Notes under the pieces: generated by a model | Told to the model about the DNA's origin: nothing | Databases searched by the model: none | The model's input: the letters and a program-made list of their open reading frames with translations, nothing else | In this document: positions 14,951 through 28,070 of the stretch, one piece after another | Position numbering within the stretch: position 1 is the stretch's first letter | How the letters are laid out: each line of letters begins with the position of its first letter | Program-made: the position numbers and the translations under genes | From: Eledone cirrhosa | Taxonomy: Eukaryota | Assembly (NCBI GenBank): GCA_964016885.1 | Contig: OZ024740.1 | Span: 19,654,001-19,718,000, forward strand | Direction of reading: 5' to 3' | DNA: 64,000 nt

Positions 14951-16539
14951 TGCAGTGTCCTCTCGACAGATAACAACTGATGCAGTGTCCCAACAGCTAA
15001 CAACTGATGCAGTGTCCTCTCGACAGCTAACAACTGATGCAGTGTCCCGACAGCTAACAACTGATGCAGTGTCCTCTCGACAGCAAACAACTGATGCAGT
15101 ATCCCGACAGCTAACAACTGATGCAGTGTCCTCTCGACAGCTAACAACTGATGCAGTGTCCTCTCGACAGCTAACAACTGATGCAGTGTCCCGACAGCTA
15201 ACAACTGATGCAGTGTCCTCTCGACAGCTAACAACTGATGCAGTGTCCCGACAGCTAATAACTGATGCAGTGTCCCGACAGCTAACAACTGATGCAGTGT
15301 CCCGACAGCTAACAACTGATGCAGTGTCTCGACAGCTAACAACTGATGCAGTGTCTCGACAGCCAACAACTGATGCAGTGTCCTTCCGAGAGCTAACAAC
15401 TGATGCAGTGTCCTCTCGAAAGCTAACAACTGATGCAATGATTCGACAGCTAACAACTGATGCAGTGTCCTCTCGACAGCTAACAACTGATGCAGTGATT
15501 CGACATCTAACAACTGATACAGTGTCCTCTCGACAGCTAACAACTGATGCAGTGTCCCGACAGCTAACAACTGATGCAGTGTCCTCTCGACAGCTAACAA
15601 CTTATGCAGTGTCCTCTCGACAGCTAACAACTGATGCAGTGTCCTCTCGACAGCTAACAACTGATGCAGTGTCCTCTCGACAGCTAACAACTGATGCAGT
15701 GTCCTCTCGACAGCTAACAACTGAAGCAGTGTCCTCTCGACAGCTAACAACTGATGCAGTGTCCCGACAGCTAACAACTGATGCAGTGTCCTCTCGACAG
15801 CTAAACACTGATGCAGTGTCCCGACAGCTAACAACTGATGCAGTGTCTCGACAGCTAACAACTGATGCAGTGTCCTCTCGACAGCTAACAACTAATGCAG
15901 TGTCCCGACAGCTAACAACTGATGCAGTGTCCTCTCGACAGCTAACAACTGATGCAGTGTCCTGACAGCTGACAACTGATGCAGTGTCTCGACAGCTAAC
16001 AACTGATGCAGTGTCCTCTCGACAGCTAACAACAGATGCAGTGTCCCGACAGCTAACAACGGATGCAGTGGCCTCTCGACAGCTAACAACTGATGCAGTG
16101 TCCTCTCGACAGCTAACAACTGATGCAGTGTCTCGACAGCTAACAACTGATGCAGTGTCTCGACAGCTAACAACTGATGCAGTGTCTCGACAGCTAACAA
16201 CTTATGCAGTGTCCTCTCGACAGCTAACAACTGATGCAGTGTCCTCTCGACAGCTAACAACTGATGCAGTGCCCGCTCGAACTCTAACAACTGATGCAGT
16301 GTCCCAACAGCTAACAACTGATGCAGTGTCTCGACAGCTAACAACTGATGCAGTGTCCTCTCGACAGCTAACAACTGATGCAGTGTCCCGACAGCTAACA
16401 ACTGATGCAGTGTCCTCTCGACAGCTAACAATTGATGCAGTGTCTCAAGAGCTAACAACTGATGCAGTGTCCCGACAGCTAACAACTGATGCAGTGTCCT
16501 CTCGACAGCTAACAACTGATGCAGTGTCCTCTCGACAGC

Positions 16540-17660
16540 TAACAACTGATGCAGTGTCTCAAGAGCTAACAACTAATGCAGTGTGCCGACAGCTAACAAC
16601 TGATGCAGTGTCCTCTCGACAGCTAACAACTGATGCAGTGTCTCGACAGCTAACAACTGATGCAGTGTCCTCTCGACAGCTAACAACTGATGCAGTGTCT
16701 CGACAGCTAACAACTGATGCAGTGTCTCGACAGCTAACAACTGATGCAGTGTCCCGACAGCTAACAACTGATGCAGTGTCCTCTCGACAGCTAACAACTG
16801 ATGCAGTGTCCCGACAGCTGACAACTGATGCAGTGTCCTCTCGACAGCTAACAACTGATGCAGTGTCCTCTCGACAGCTAACAATTGATGCAGTGTCTCA
16901 AGAGCTAACAACTGATGCAGTGTCCCGACAGCTAACAACTGATGCAGTGTCCTCTCGACAGCTAACAACTGATGCAGTGTCTCGACAGCTAACAACTGAT
17001 GCAGTGTCCTGACAGCTGACAACTGATGCAGTGTCCTCTCGACAGCTAACAACTGATGCAGTATCCTCTCGACAGCTAACAACTGATGCAGTATCCCAAG
17101 AGCTAACAACTAATGCAGTGTGCCGACAGCTAACAACTGATGCAGTGTCCTCTCGACAGCTAACAACTGATGCAGTGTCTCGACAGCTAACAACTGATGC
17201 AGTGTCTCGACAGCTAACAACTGATGCAGTGTCCTCTCGACAGCTAACAACTGATGCAGTGTCTCGACAGCTAACAACTGATGCAGTGTCTCGACAGCTA
17301 ACAACTGATGCAGTGTCCCGACAGCTAACAACTGATGCAGTGTCCTCTCGACAGCTAACAACTGATGCAGTGTCCCGACAGCTGACAACTGATGCAGTGT
17401 CCTCTCGACAGCTAACAACTGATGCAGTGTCCTCTCGACAGCTAACAATTGATGCAGTGTCTCAAGAGCTAACAACTGATGCAGTGTCCCGACAGCTAAC
17501 AACTGATGCAGTGTCCTCTCGACAGCTAACAACTGATGCAGTGTCTCGACAGCTAACAACTGATGCAGTGTCCTGACAGCTGACAACTGATGCAGTGTCC
17601 TCTCGACAGCTAACAACTGATGCAGTATCCTCTCGACAGCTAACAACTGATGCAGTATCC
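16540..17660 (+). repeat. Imperfect local tandem duplication (~537-564 bp period)
   Basis: AAT..TGC marker at 16573/17110 (537 apart) and TGACAGCTGACA stop marker at 17010/17574 (564 apart). The difference is one 27-mer. Confidence 0.8.
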
Positions 17661-18851
17661 CAACAGCTAACAACTGATGCAGTGTCTCGACAGCTAACAA
17701 CTGATGCAGTGTCCTCTCGACAGCTAACAACTGATGCAGTGTCCTCTCGACAGCTAACAACTGATGCAGTGTCTCGACAGCTAACAACTGATGCAGTGTC
17801 TCGACAGCTAACAGCTGATGCAGTGTCTCGACAGCTAACAACTGTTGCAGTGTCCTCTCGACAGTTAACAACTGATGCAGTGTCCTCTCGACAGCTAACA
17901 ACTGATGCAGTGTCTCGACAGCTAACAACTGATGCAGTGTCCTCTCGACAGCTAACAACTGATGCTGTGTCCCAACAGCTAACAACTAATGCAGTGTCCT
18001 CTCGACGACAGCTAACAACTGATGCAGTGATTCGACATCTAACAACTGATGCAGTGTCCTCTCAACAGCTAACAACTGATGCAGTGTCCCGACAGCTAAC
18101 AACTGATGCAGTGTCCTCTCGACAGCAAACAACTGATGCAGTATCCCGACAGCTAACAACTGATGCAGTGTCCTCTCGACAGCTAACAACTGATGCAGTG
18201 TCCTCTCGACAGCTAACAACTGATGCAGTGTCCCGACAGCTAACAACTGATGCAGTGTCCTCTCGACAGATAACAACTGATGCAGTGTCCCGACAGCTAA
18301 TAACTGATGCAGTGTCCCGACAGCTAACAACTGATGCAGTGTCCCGACAGCTAACAACTGATGCAGTGTCTCGACAGCTAACAACTGATGCAGTGTCTCG
18401 ACAGCTAACAACTGATGCAGTGTCCTTCCGACAGCTAACAACTGATGCAGTGTCCTCTCGACAGCTAACAACTGATGCAGTGATTCGACAGCTAACAACT
18501 GATGCAGTGTCCTCTCGACAGCTAACAACTGATGCAGTGTCCCGACAGCTAACAACTGATGCAGTGTCCTCTCGACAGCTAACAACTGATGCAGTGTCCT
18601 CTCGACAGCTAACAACTGATGCAGTGTCCTCTCGACAGCTAACAACTGATGCAGTGTCCTCTCGACAGCTAACAACTGAAGCAGTGTCCTCTCGTGAGCT
18701 AACAACTGATGCAGTGTCCCGACAGCTAACAACTGATGCAGTGTCCTCTCGACAGCTAAACACTGATGCAGTGTCCCGACAGCTAACAACTGATGCAGAG
18801 TCCCGACAGATAACACCTGATGCAGTGTCTCGACAGCTAACAACTGATGCA

Positions 18852-21800
18852 GTGTCCTCTCGACAGGTAACAACTGATGCAGTGATTCGACATCTAACAA
18901 GTGATGCAGTGTCCTCTCGACAGCTAACAACTGATGCAGTGTCCTCAGGACAGCTAACGACTAAAGCAATGATTCGACATCTAACAACTGATACAGTGTC
19001 CTCTCGACAGCTAACAACTGATGCAGTACTCAGACAGCTAACAACTGATGCAGTGTCCTCTCGACAGCTAACAACTGATGCTGTGTCCCAACAGCTAACA
19101 ACTGATGCAGTGTCCTCTCGACAGCTAACAACTGATGCAGTGATTCGACATCTAACAACTGATGCAGTGTCCTCTCGACAGCTAACAACTGATGCAGTGT
19201 CCCGACAGCTAACAACTGATGCAGTGTCCTCTCGACAGCTAACAACTGATGCAGTGTCCTCTCGACAGCTAACAACTGATGCAGTGTCCCGACAGCTAAC
19301 AACTGATGCAGTGTCTCGACATCTAACAACTGATGAAGTGTCCCGACAGATAACAACTGATACAGTGTCCCGACAGCTAACAACTGATGCAGTGTCCTCT
19401 CGAGAGCTAACAACTGATGCAGTGTCCTCTCGACAGCTAACAATTGATGCAGTGTCTCGACAGCTAACAATAGATGCAGTGTCCTTCCGACAGCTAACAA
19501 CTGATGCAGTGTCCTCTCGACAGCTAACAACCGATGCAGTGTCCTCTCGACAGCTAACAACTGATGCAGTGTCCCGACAGCTAACAACTGATGCAGTGTC
19601 CTCTCGACAGATAACAACTGATGCAGTGTCCCGACAGCTAACAACTGATGCAGTGTCCCGACAGCTAACAACTGATGCAGTGTCTCGACAGCTAAGAAAT
19701 GATGCAGTGATTCGACAGCTAACAACTGATGGAGTGTCTCGACAGCTAACAACTGATGCAGTGTCTCGACAGCTAACAACTGATGCAGTGTCCTTCCGAC
19801 AGCTAACAACTGATGCAGTGTCCTCTCGACAGGTAACAACTGATGCAGTGATTCGACATCTAACAAGTGATGCAGTGTCCTCTCGACAGCTAACAACTGA
19901 TGCTGTGATTCGACAGCTAACAACTGATGCAGTGTCCTCAGGACAGCTAACAACTAAAGCAGTGATTCGACATCTAACAACTGATACAGTGTCCTCCCGA
20001 CAGCTAACAACTGATGCAGTGCTCAGACAGCTAACAACTGATGCAGTGTCCTCGCGACAGCTAACAACTGATGCAGTGTCCCGACAGCTAAAAACTGATG
20101 CAGTGTCTCGACAGCTAACAACTGATGCAGTGTCCTCTCGACAGCTAACAAAATATGCAGTTTCCTCTCGACAGCTAACACCTGATGCAGTGTCCTTTCG
20201 ACAACTAACAACTGATGCAGTGTCCTCTTGACAGCTAACAAAATATGCAGTTTCTTCTCGACAGCTAACAACTGATGCAGTGTCCTCCCGACAGATAACA
20301 ACTGATGCAGTGTCCTCTCGACAGCTAACAACTGATGCAGTGTTCCGACAGCTAACAACTGATGCAGTGTCCCCTCGACAGCTAACAACTCATACAGTGT
20401 CCTCTCGACAGCTAACAACTGATGCAGTGCTCAGACAGCTAACAACTGATGCAGTGTCCTCGCGACAGCTAACAACTGATGCAGTGTCCCGACAGCTAAA
20501 AACTGATGCAGTGTCTCGACAGCTAACAACTGATGCAGTGTCCTCTCGACAGCTAACAAAATATGCAGTTTCCTCTCGACAGCTAACACCTGATGCAGTG
20601 TCCTTTCGACAGCTAACAACTGATGCAGTGTCCTCCCGACAGATAACAACTGATGCAGTGTCCTCTCGACAGCTAACAACTGATGCAGTGTTCCGACAGC
20701 TAACAACTGATGCAGTGTCCCCTCGACAGCTAACAACTGATGCAGTGTCCCAACAGCTAATAACTGATGCAGTGTCCCGACAGCTAACAACTGATGCAGT
20801 GTCTCGACAGCTAACAACTGATGCAGTGTCCCGACAGCTAACAACTGATACAGTGTCCCGACAGCTAACAACTGATGCAGTGTCCTCTCGACAGCTAACA
20901 ACTGATGCAGTGTCCTCTCGACAGCTAACAATTGATGCAGTGTCTCGACAGCTAACAACTGATGCAGTGTCTCGACAGCTAACAATAGATGCAGTGTCCT
21001 TCCGACAGCTAACAACTGATGCAGTGTCCTCTCGACAGCTAACAACTGATGCAGTGTCCTCTCGACAGCTAACAATTGATGCAGTGTCTCGACAGCTAAC
21101 AACTGATGCAGTGTCTCGACAGCTAACAATAGATGCAGTGTCCTTCCGACAGCTAACAACTGATGCAGTGTCCTCTCGACAGCTAACAACTGATGCAGTG
21201 TCCCGACAGCTAACAACTGATGCAGTGTCCTCTCGACAGCTAACAACCGATGCAGTGTCCTCTCGACAGCTAACAACTGATGCAGTGTCCCGACAGCTAA
21301 CAACTGATGCAGTGTCCTCTCGACAGATAACAACTGATGCAGTGTCCCGACAGCTAACAACTGATGCAGTGTCCCGACAGCTAACAACTGATGCAGTGTC
21401 TCGACAGCTAAGAAATGATGCAGTGATTCGACAGCTAACAAATGATGGAGTGTCTCGACAGCTAACAACTGATGCAGTGTCTCGACAGCTAACAACTGAT
21501 GCAGTGTCCTCAGGACAGCTAACGACTAAAGCAGTGATTCGAAATCTAACAACTGATACAGTGTCCTCTCGACAGCTAACAACTGATGCAGTACTCAGAC
21601 AGCTAACAACTGATGCAGTGTCCTCTCGACAGCTAACAACTGATGCTGTGTCCCAACAGCTAACAACTGATGCAGTGTCCTCTCGACAGCTAACAACTGA
21701 TGCAGTGATTCGACATCTAACAACTGATGCAGTGTCCTCTCGACAGCTAACAACTGATGCAGTGTCCCGACAGCTAACAACTGATGCAGTGTCCTCTCGA

Positions 21801-24400
21801 CAGCTAACAACTGATGCAGTGTCCTCTCGACAGCTAACAACTGATGCAGTGTCCCGACAGCTAACAACTGATGCAGTGTCTCGACATCTAACAACTGATG
21901 CAGTGTCCCGACAGCTAACAACTGATACAGTGTCCCGACAGCTAACAACTGATGCAGTGTCCTCTCGACAGCTAACAACTGATGCAGTGTCCTCTCGACA
22001 GCTAACAATTGATGCAGTGTCTCGACAGCTAACAATAGATGCAGTGTCCTTCCGACAGCTAACAACTGATGCAGTGTCCTCTCGACAGCTAACAACCGAT
22101 GCAGTGTCCTCTCGACAGCTAACAACTGATGCAGTGTCCCGACAGCTAACAACTGATGCAGTGTCCTCACGACAGATAACAACTGATGCAGTGTCCCGAC
22201 AGCTAACAACTGATGCAGTGTCCCGACAGCTAACAACTGATGCAGTGTCTCGACAGCTAAGAAATGATGCAGTGATTCGACAGCTAACAACTGATGGAGT
22301 GTCTCGACAGCTAACAACTGATGCAGTGTCTCGACAGCTAACAACTGATGCAGTGTCCTTCCGACAGCTAACAACTGATGCAGTGTCCTCTCGACAGGTA
22401 ACAACTGATGTTAGTGATTCGACATCTAACAAGTGATGCAGTGTCCTCTCGACAGCTAACAACTGATGCTGTGATTCGACAGCTAACAACTGATGCAGTG
22501 TCCTCAGGACAGCTAACAACTAAAGCAGTGATTCGACATCTAACAACTGATACAGTGTCCTCCCGACAGCTAACAACTGATGCAGTGCTCAGACAGCTAA
22601 CAACTGATGCAGTGTCCTCGCGACAGCTAACAACTGATGCAGTGTCCCGACAGCTAAAAACTGATGCAGTGTCTCGACAGCTAAAAACTGATGCAGTGTC
22701 CTCTCGACAGCTAACAAAATATGCAGTTTCCTCTCGACAGCTAACACCTGATGCAGTGTCCTTTCGACAACTAACAACTGATGCAGTGTCCTCTTGACAG
22801 CTAACAAAATATGCAGTTTCTTCTCGACAGCTAACAACTGATGCAGTGTCCTCCCGACAGATAACAACTGATGCAGTGTCCTCTCGACAGCTAGCAACTG
22901 ATGCAGTGTTCCGACAGCTAACAACTGATGCAGTGTCCCCTCGACAGCTAACAACTCATACAGTGTCCTCTCGACAGCTAACAACTGATGCAGTGCTCAG
23001 ACAGCTGACAACTGATGCAGTGTCCTCGCGACAGCTAACAACTGATGCAGTGTCCCGACAGCTAAAAACTGATGCAGTGTCTCGACAGCTAACAACTGAT
23101 GCAGTGTCCTCTCGACAGCTAACAAAATATGCAGTTTCCTCTCGACAGCTAACACCTGATGCAGTGTCCTTTCGACAGCTAACAACTGATGCAGTGTCCT
23201 CCCGACAGATAACAACTGATGCAGTGTCCTCTCGACAGCTAACAACTGATGCAGTGTTCCGACAGCTAACAACTGATGCAGTGTCCCCTCGACAGCTAAC
23301 AACTGATGCAGTGTCCCAACAGCTAATAACTGATGCAGTGTCCCGACAGCTAACAACTGATGCAGTGTCTCGACAGCTAACAACTGTTGCAGTGTCCCGA
23401 AAGCTAACAACTGATGCAGTGTCTCGACAGCTAACAACTGATGCAGTGTCCCGAAAGCTAACAACTGATGCAGTGTCTCGACAGCTAACAACTGATGCAG
23501 TGTCCCGAAAGCTAACAACTGATGCAGTGTCTCGACAGCTAACAACTGCTGCAGTGTCCCGACATCTAACAACTGATGCAGTGTCCCGACAGCTAACAAC
23601 TGATGCAGTGTCCTCTCGACAGCTAACAACTGATGCAGTGTCCCAACAGCTAACAACTGATGCAGTGTTCCGAAAGCTAACAACTGATGCAGTGTCCCGA
23701 AAGCTAACAACTGATGCAGTGTTTAGACAGCTAACAACTGATGTTGTCTCTCAACAGCTAACAACTGATGCAGTGTCCTCTCGACAGCTAACAGCTGATT
23801 CAGTGTCCCGTCAGCTAACAACTGATGCAGTGTCCCGACAGCTAACAACTGATGCAGTGTCCTCTCGACAGCTAACAACTGATGCAGTGTCCCGACAGCT
23901 AACAACTGATGCAGTGCCTCGACAGCTAACAACTGCTGCAGTGTCCCGACAGCTAACAACTGATGCAGTGCCTCGACAGCTAACAACTGCTGCAGTGTCC
24001 TCTCGAAAGCTAAAAACTGATGCAGTGTCCTCTAGACAGCTAACAAATTATGCAGTGTCCTGACAGCTAACATCTGATGCAGTGTCCTCTCGACAGCTAA
24101 CAACTGATGCTGTGTCCCAACAGCTAACAACTGATGCAGTGTCCTCTCGACAGCTAACAACTAATGCAGTGATTCGACAGCTAAAAACTGATGCAGTGTC
24201 TCGACAGCTAACAACTGATGCAGTGTCCTCTCGACAGCTAACAAAATATGCAGTTTCTTCTCGACAGCTAACAACTGATGCAGTGTCCTCCCGACAGATA
24301 ACAACTGATGCAGTGTCCTCTCGACAGCTAACAACTGATGCAGTGTCCCAACAGCTCACAACTGATGCAGTGTCCCGACAGCTAACAACTGATGCAGTGT
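18852..24400 (+). repeat. Dispersed copy of block ~466-6014 (offset 18,386 bp)
   Basis: GTA marker at 481/18867. ORF pairs 644/19030, 1894/20280, 4022/22408, 4460/22846 and 5696/24082. Confidence 0.9.
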
Positions 24401-27400
24401 CCCCTCGACAGCTAACAACTGATGCAGTGTCCCAACAGCTAATAACTGATGCAGTGTCCCGACAGCTAACAACTGATGCAGTGTCTCGACAGCTAACAAC
24501 TGATGCAGTGTCCCGACAGCTAACAACTGATACAGTGTCCCGACAGCTAACAACTGATGCAGTGTCCTCTCGACAGCTAACAACTGATGCAGTGTCCTCT
24601 CGACAGCTAACAATTGATGCAGTGTCTCGACAGCTAACAACTGATGCAGTGTCTCGACAGCTAACAATAGATGCAGTGTCCTTCCGACAGCTAACAACTG
24701 ATGCAGTGTCCTCTCGACAGCTAACAACTGATGCAGTGTCCTCTCGACAGCTAACAATTGATGCAGTGTCTCGACAGCTAACAACTGATGCAGTGTCTCG
24801 ACAGCTAACAATAGATGCAGTGTCCTTCCGACAGCTAACAACTGATGCAGTGTCCTCTCGACAGCTAACAACTGATGCAGTGTCCCGACAGCTAACAACT
24901 GATGCAGTGTCCTCTCGACAGCTAACAACCGATGCAGTGTCCTCTCGACAGCTAACAACTGATGCAGTGTCCCGACAGCTAACAACTGATGCAGTGTCCT
25001 CTCGACAGATAACAACTGATGCAGTGTCCCGACAGCTAACAACTGATGCAGTGTCCCGACAGCTAACAACTGATGCAGTGTCTCGACAGCTAAGAAATGA
25101 TGCAGTGATTCGACAGCTAACAAATGATGGAGTGTCTCGACAGCTAACAACTGATGCAGTGTCTCGACAGCTAACAACTGATGCAGTGTCCTCAGGACAG
25201 CTAACGACTAAAGCAGTGATTCGAAATCTAACAACTGATACAGTGTCCTCTCGACAGCTAACAACTGATGCAGTACTCAGACAGCTAACAACTGATGCAG
25301 TGTCCTCTCGACAGCTAACAACTGATGCTGTGTCCCAACAGCTAACAACTGATGCAGTGTCCTCTCGACAGCTAACAACTGATGCAGTGATTCGACATCT
25401 AACAACTGATGCAGTGTCCTCTCGACAGCTAACAACTGATGCAGTGTCCCGACAGCTAACAACTGATGCAGTGTCCTCTCGACAGCTAACAACTGATGCA
25501 GTGTCCTCTCGACAGCTAACAACTGATGCAGTGTCCCGACAGCTAACAACTGATGCAGTGTCTCGACATCTAACAACTGATGCAGTGTCCCGACAGCTAA
25601 CAACTGATACAGTGTCCCGACAGCTAACAACTGATGCAGTGTCCTCTCGACAGCTAACAACTGATGCAGTGTCCTCTCGACAGCTAACAATTGATGCAGT
25701 GTCTCGACAGCTAACAATAGATGCAGTGTCCTTCCGACAGCTAACAACTGATGCAGTGTCCTCTCGACAGCTAACAACCGATGCAGTGTCCTCTCGACAG
25801 CTAACAACTGATGCAGTGTCCCGACAGCTAACAACTGATGCAGTGTCCTCACGACAGATAACAACTGATGCAGTGTCCCGACAGCTAACAACTGATGCAG
25901 TGTCCCGACAGCTAACAACTGATGCAGTGTCTCGACAGCTAAGAAATGATGCAGTGATTCGACAGCTAACAACTGATGGAGTGTCTCGACAGCTAACAAC
26001 TGATGCAGTGTCTCGACAGCTAACAACTGATGCAGTGTCCTTCCGACAGCTAACAACTGATGCAGTGTCCTCTCGACAGGTAACAACTGATGTTAGTGAT
26101 TCGACATCTAACAAGTGATGCAGTGTCCTCTCGACAGCTAACAACTGATGCTGTGATTCGACAGCTAACAACTGATGCAGTGTCCTCAGGACAGCTAACA
26201 ACTAAAGCAGTGATTCGACATCTAACAACTGATACAGTGTCCTCCCGACAGCTAACAACTGATGCAGTGCTCAGACAGCTAACAACTGATGCAGTGTCCT
26301 CGCGACAGCTAACAACTGATGCAGTGTCCCGACAGCTAAAAACTGATGCAGTGTCTCGACAGCTAAAAACTGATGCAGTGTCCTCTCGACAGCTAACAAA
26401 ATATGCAGTTTCCTCTCGACAGCTAACACCTGATGCAGTGTCCTTTCGACAACTAACAACTGATGCAGTGTCCTCTTGACAGCTAACAAAATATGCAGTT
26501 TCTTCTCGACAGCTAACAACTGATGCAGTGTCCTCCCGACAGATAACAACTGATGCAGTGTCCTCTCGACAGCTAGCAACTGATGCAGTGTTCCGACAGC
26601 TAACAACTGATGCAGTGTCCCCTCGACAGCTAACAACTCATACAGTGTCCTCTCGACAGCTAACAACTGATGCAGTGCTCAGACAGCTGACAACTGATGC
26701 AGTGTCCTCGCGACAGCTAACAACTGATGCAGTGTCCCGACAGCTAAAAACTGATGCAGTGTCTCGACAGCTAACAACTGATGCAGTGTCCTCTCGACAG
26801 CTAACAAAATATGCAGTTTCCTCTCGACAGCTAACACCTGATGCAGTGTCCTTTCGACAGCTAACAACTGATGCAGTGTCCTCCCGACAGATAACAACTG
26901 ATGCAGTGTCCTCTCGACAGCTAACAACTGATGCAGTGTTCCGACAGCTAACAACTGATGCAGTGTCCCCTCGACAGCTAACAACTGATGCAGTGTCCCA
27001 ACAGCTAATAACTGATGCAGTGTCCCGACAGCTAACAACTGATGCAGTGTCTCGACAGCTAACAACTGTTGCAGTGTCCCGAAAGCTAACAACTGATGCA
27101 GTGTCTCGACAGCTAACAACTGATGCAGTGTCCCGAAAGCTAACAACTGATGCAGTGTCTTGACAGCTAACAACTGATGCAGTGTCCCGAAAGCTAACAA
27201 CTGATGCAGTGTCTCGACAGCTAACAACTGCTGCAGTGTCCCGACATCTAACAACTGATGCAGTGTCCCGACAGCTAACAACTGATGCAGTGTCCTCTCG
27301 ACAGCTAACAACTGATGCAGTGTCCCAACAGCTAACAACTGATGCAGTGTTCCGAAAGCTAACAACTGATGCAGTGTCCCGAAAGCTAACAACTGATGCA

Positions 27401-28070
27401 GTGTCTAGACAGCTAACAACTGATGTTGTCTCTCAACAGCTAACAACTGATGCAGTGTCCTCTCGACAGCTAACAGCTGATTCAGTGTCCCGTCAGCTAA
27501 CAACTGATGCAGTGTCCCGACAGCTAACAACTGATGCAGTGTCCTCTCGACAGCTAACAACTGATGCAGTGTCCCGACAGCTAACAACTGATGCAGTGCC
27601 TCGACAGCTAACAACTGCTGCAGTGTCCCGACAGCTAACAACTGATGCAGTGCCTCGACAGCTAACAACTGCTGCAGTGTCCTCTCGAAAGCTAAAAACT
27701 GATGCAGTGTCCTCTAGACAGCTAACAAATTATGCAGTGTCCTGACAGCTAACATCTGATGCAGTGTCCTCTCGACAGCTAACAACTGATGCTGTGTCCC
27801 AACAGCTAACAACTGATGCAGTGTCCTCTCGACAGCTAACAACTAATGCAGTGATTCGACAGCTAAAAACTGATGCAGTGTCTCGACAGCTAACAACTGA
27901 TGCAGTGTCCTCTCGACAGCTAACAAAATATGCAGTTTCTTCTCGACAGCTAACAACTGATGCAGTGTCCTCCCGACAGATAACAACTGATGCAGTGTCC
28001 TCTCGACAGCTAACAACTGATGCAGTGTCCCAACAGCTCACAACTGATGCAGTGTCCCGACAGCTAACAA
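20700..28070 (+). repeat. Higher-order tandem duplication, period 3,682 bp (2 copies)
   Basis: ORF pairs 21595/25277, 22408/26090, 22846/26528 and 24082/27764. The junction near 24390 jumps back to the TCCCCT/CAA/ATA markers seen at 20718-20762. Confidence 0.9.
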
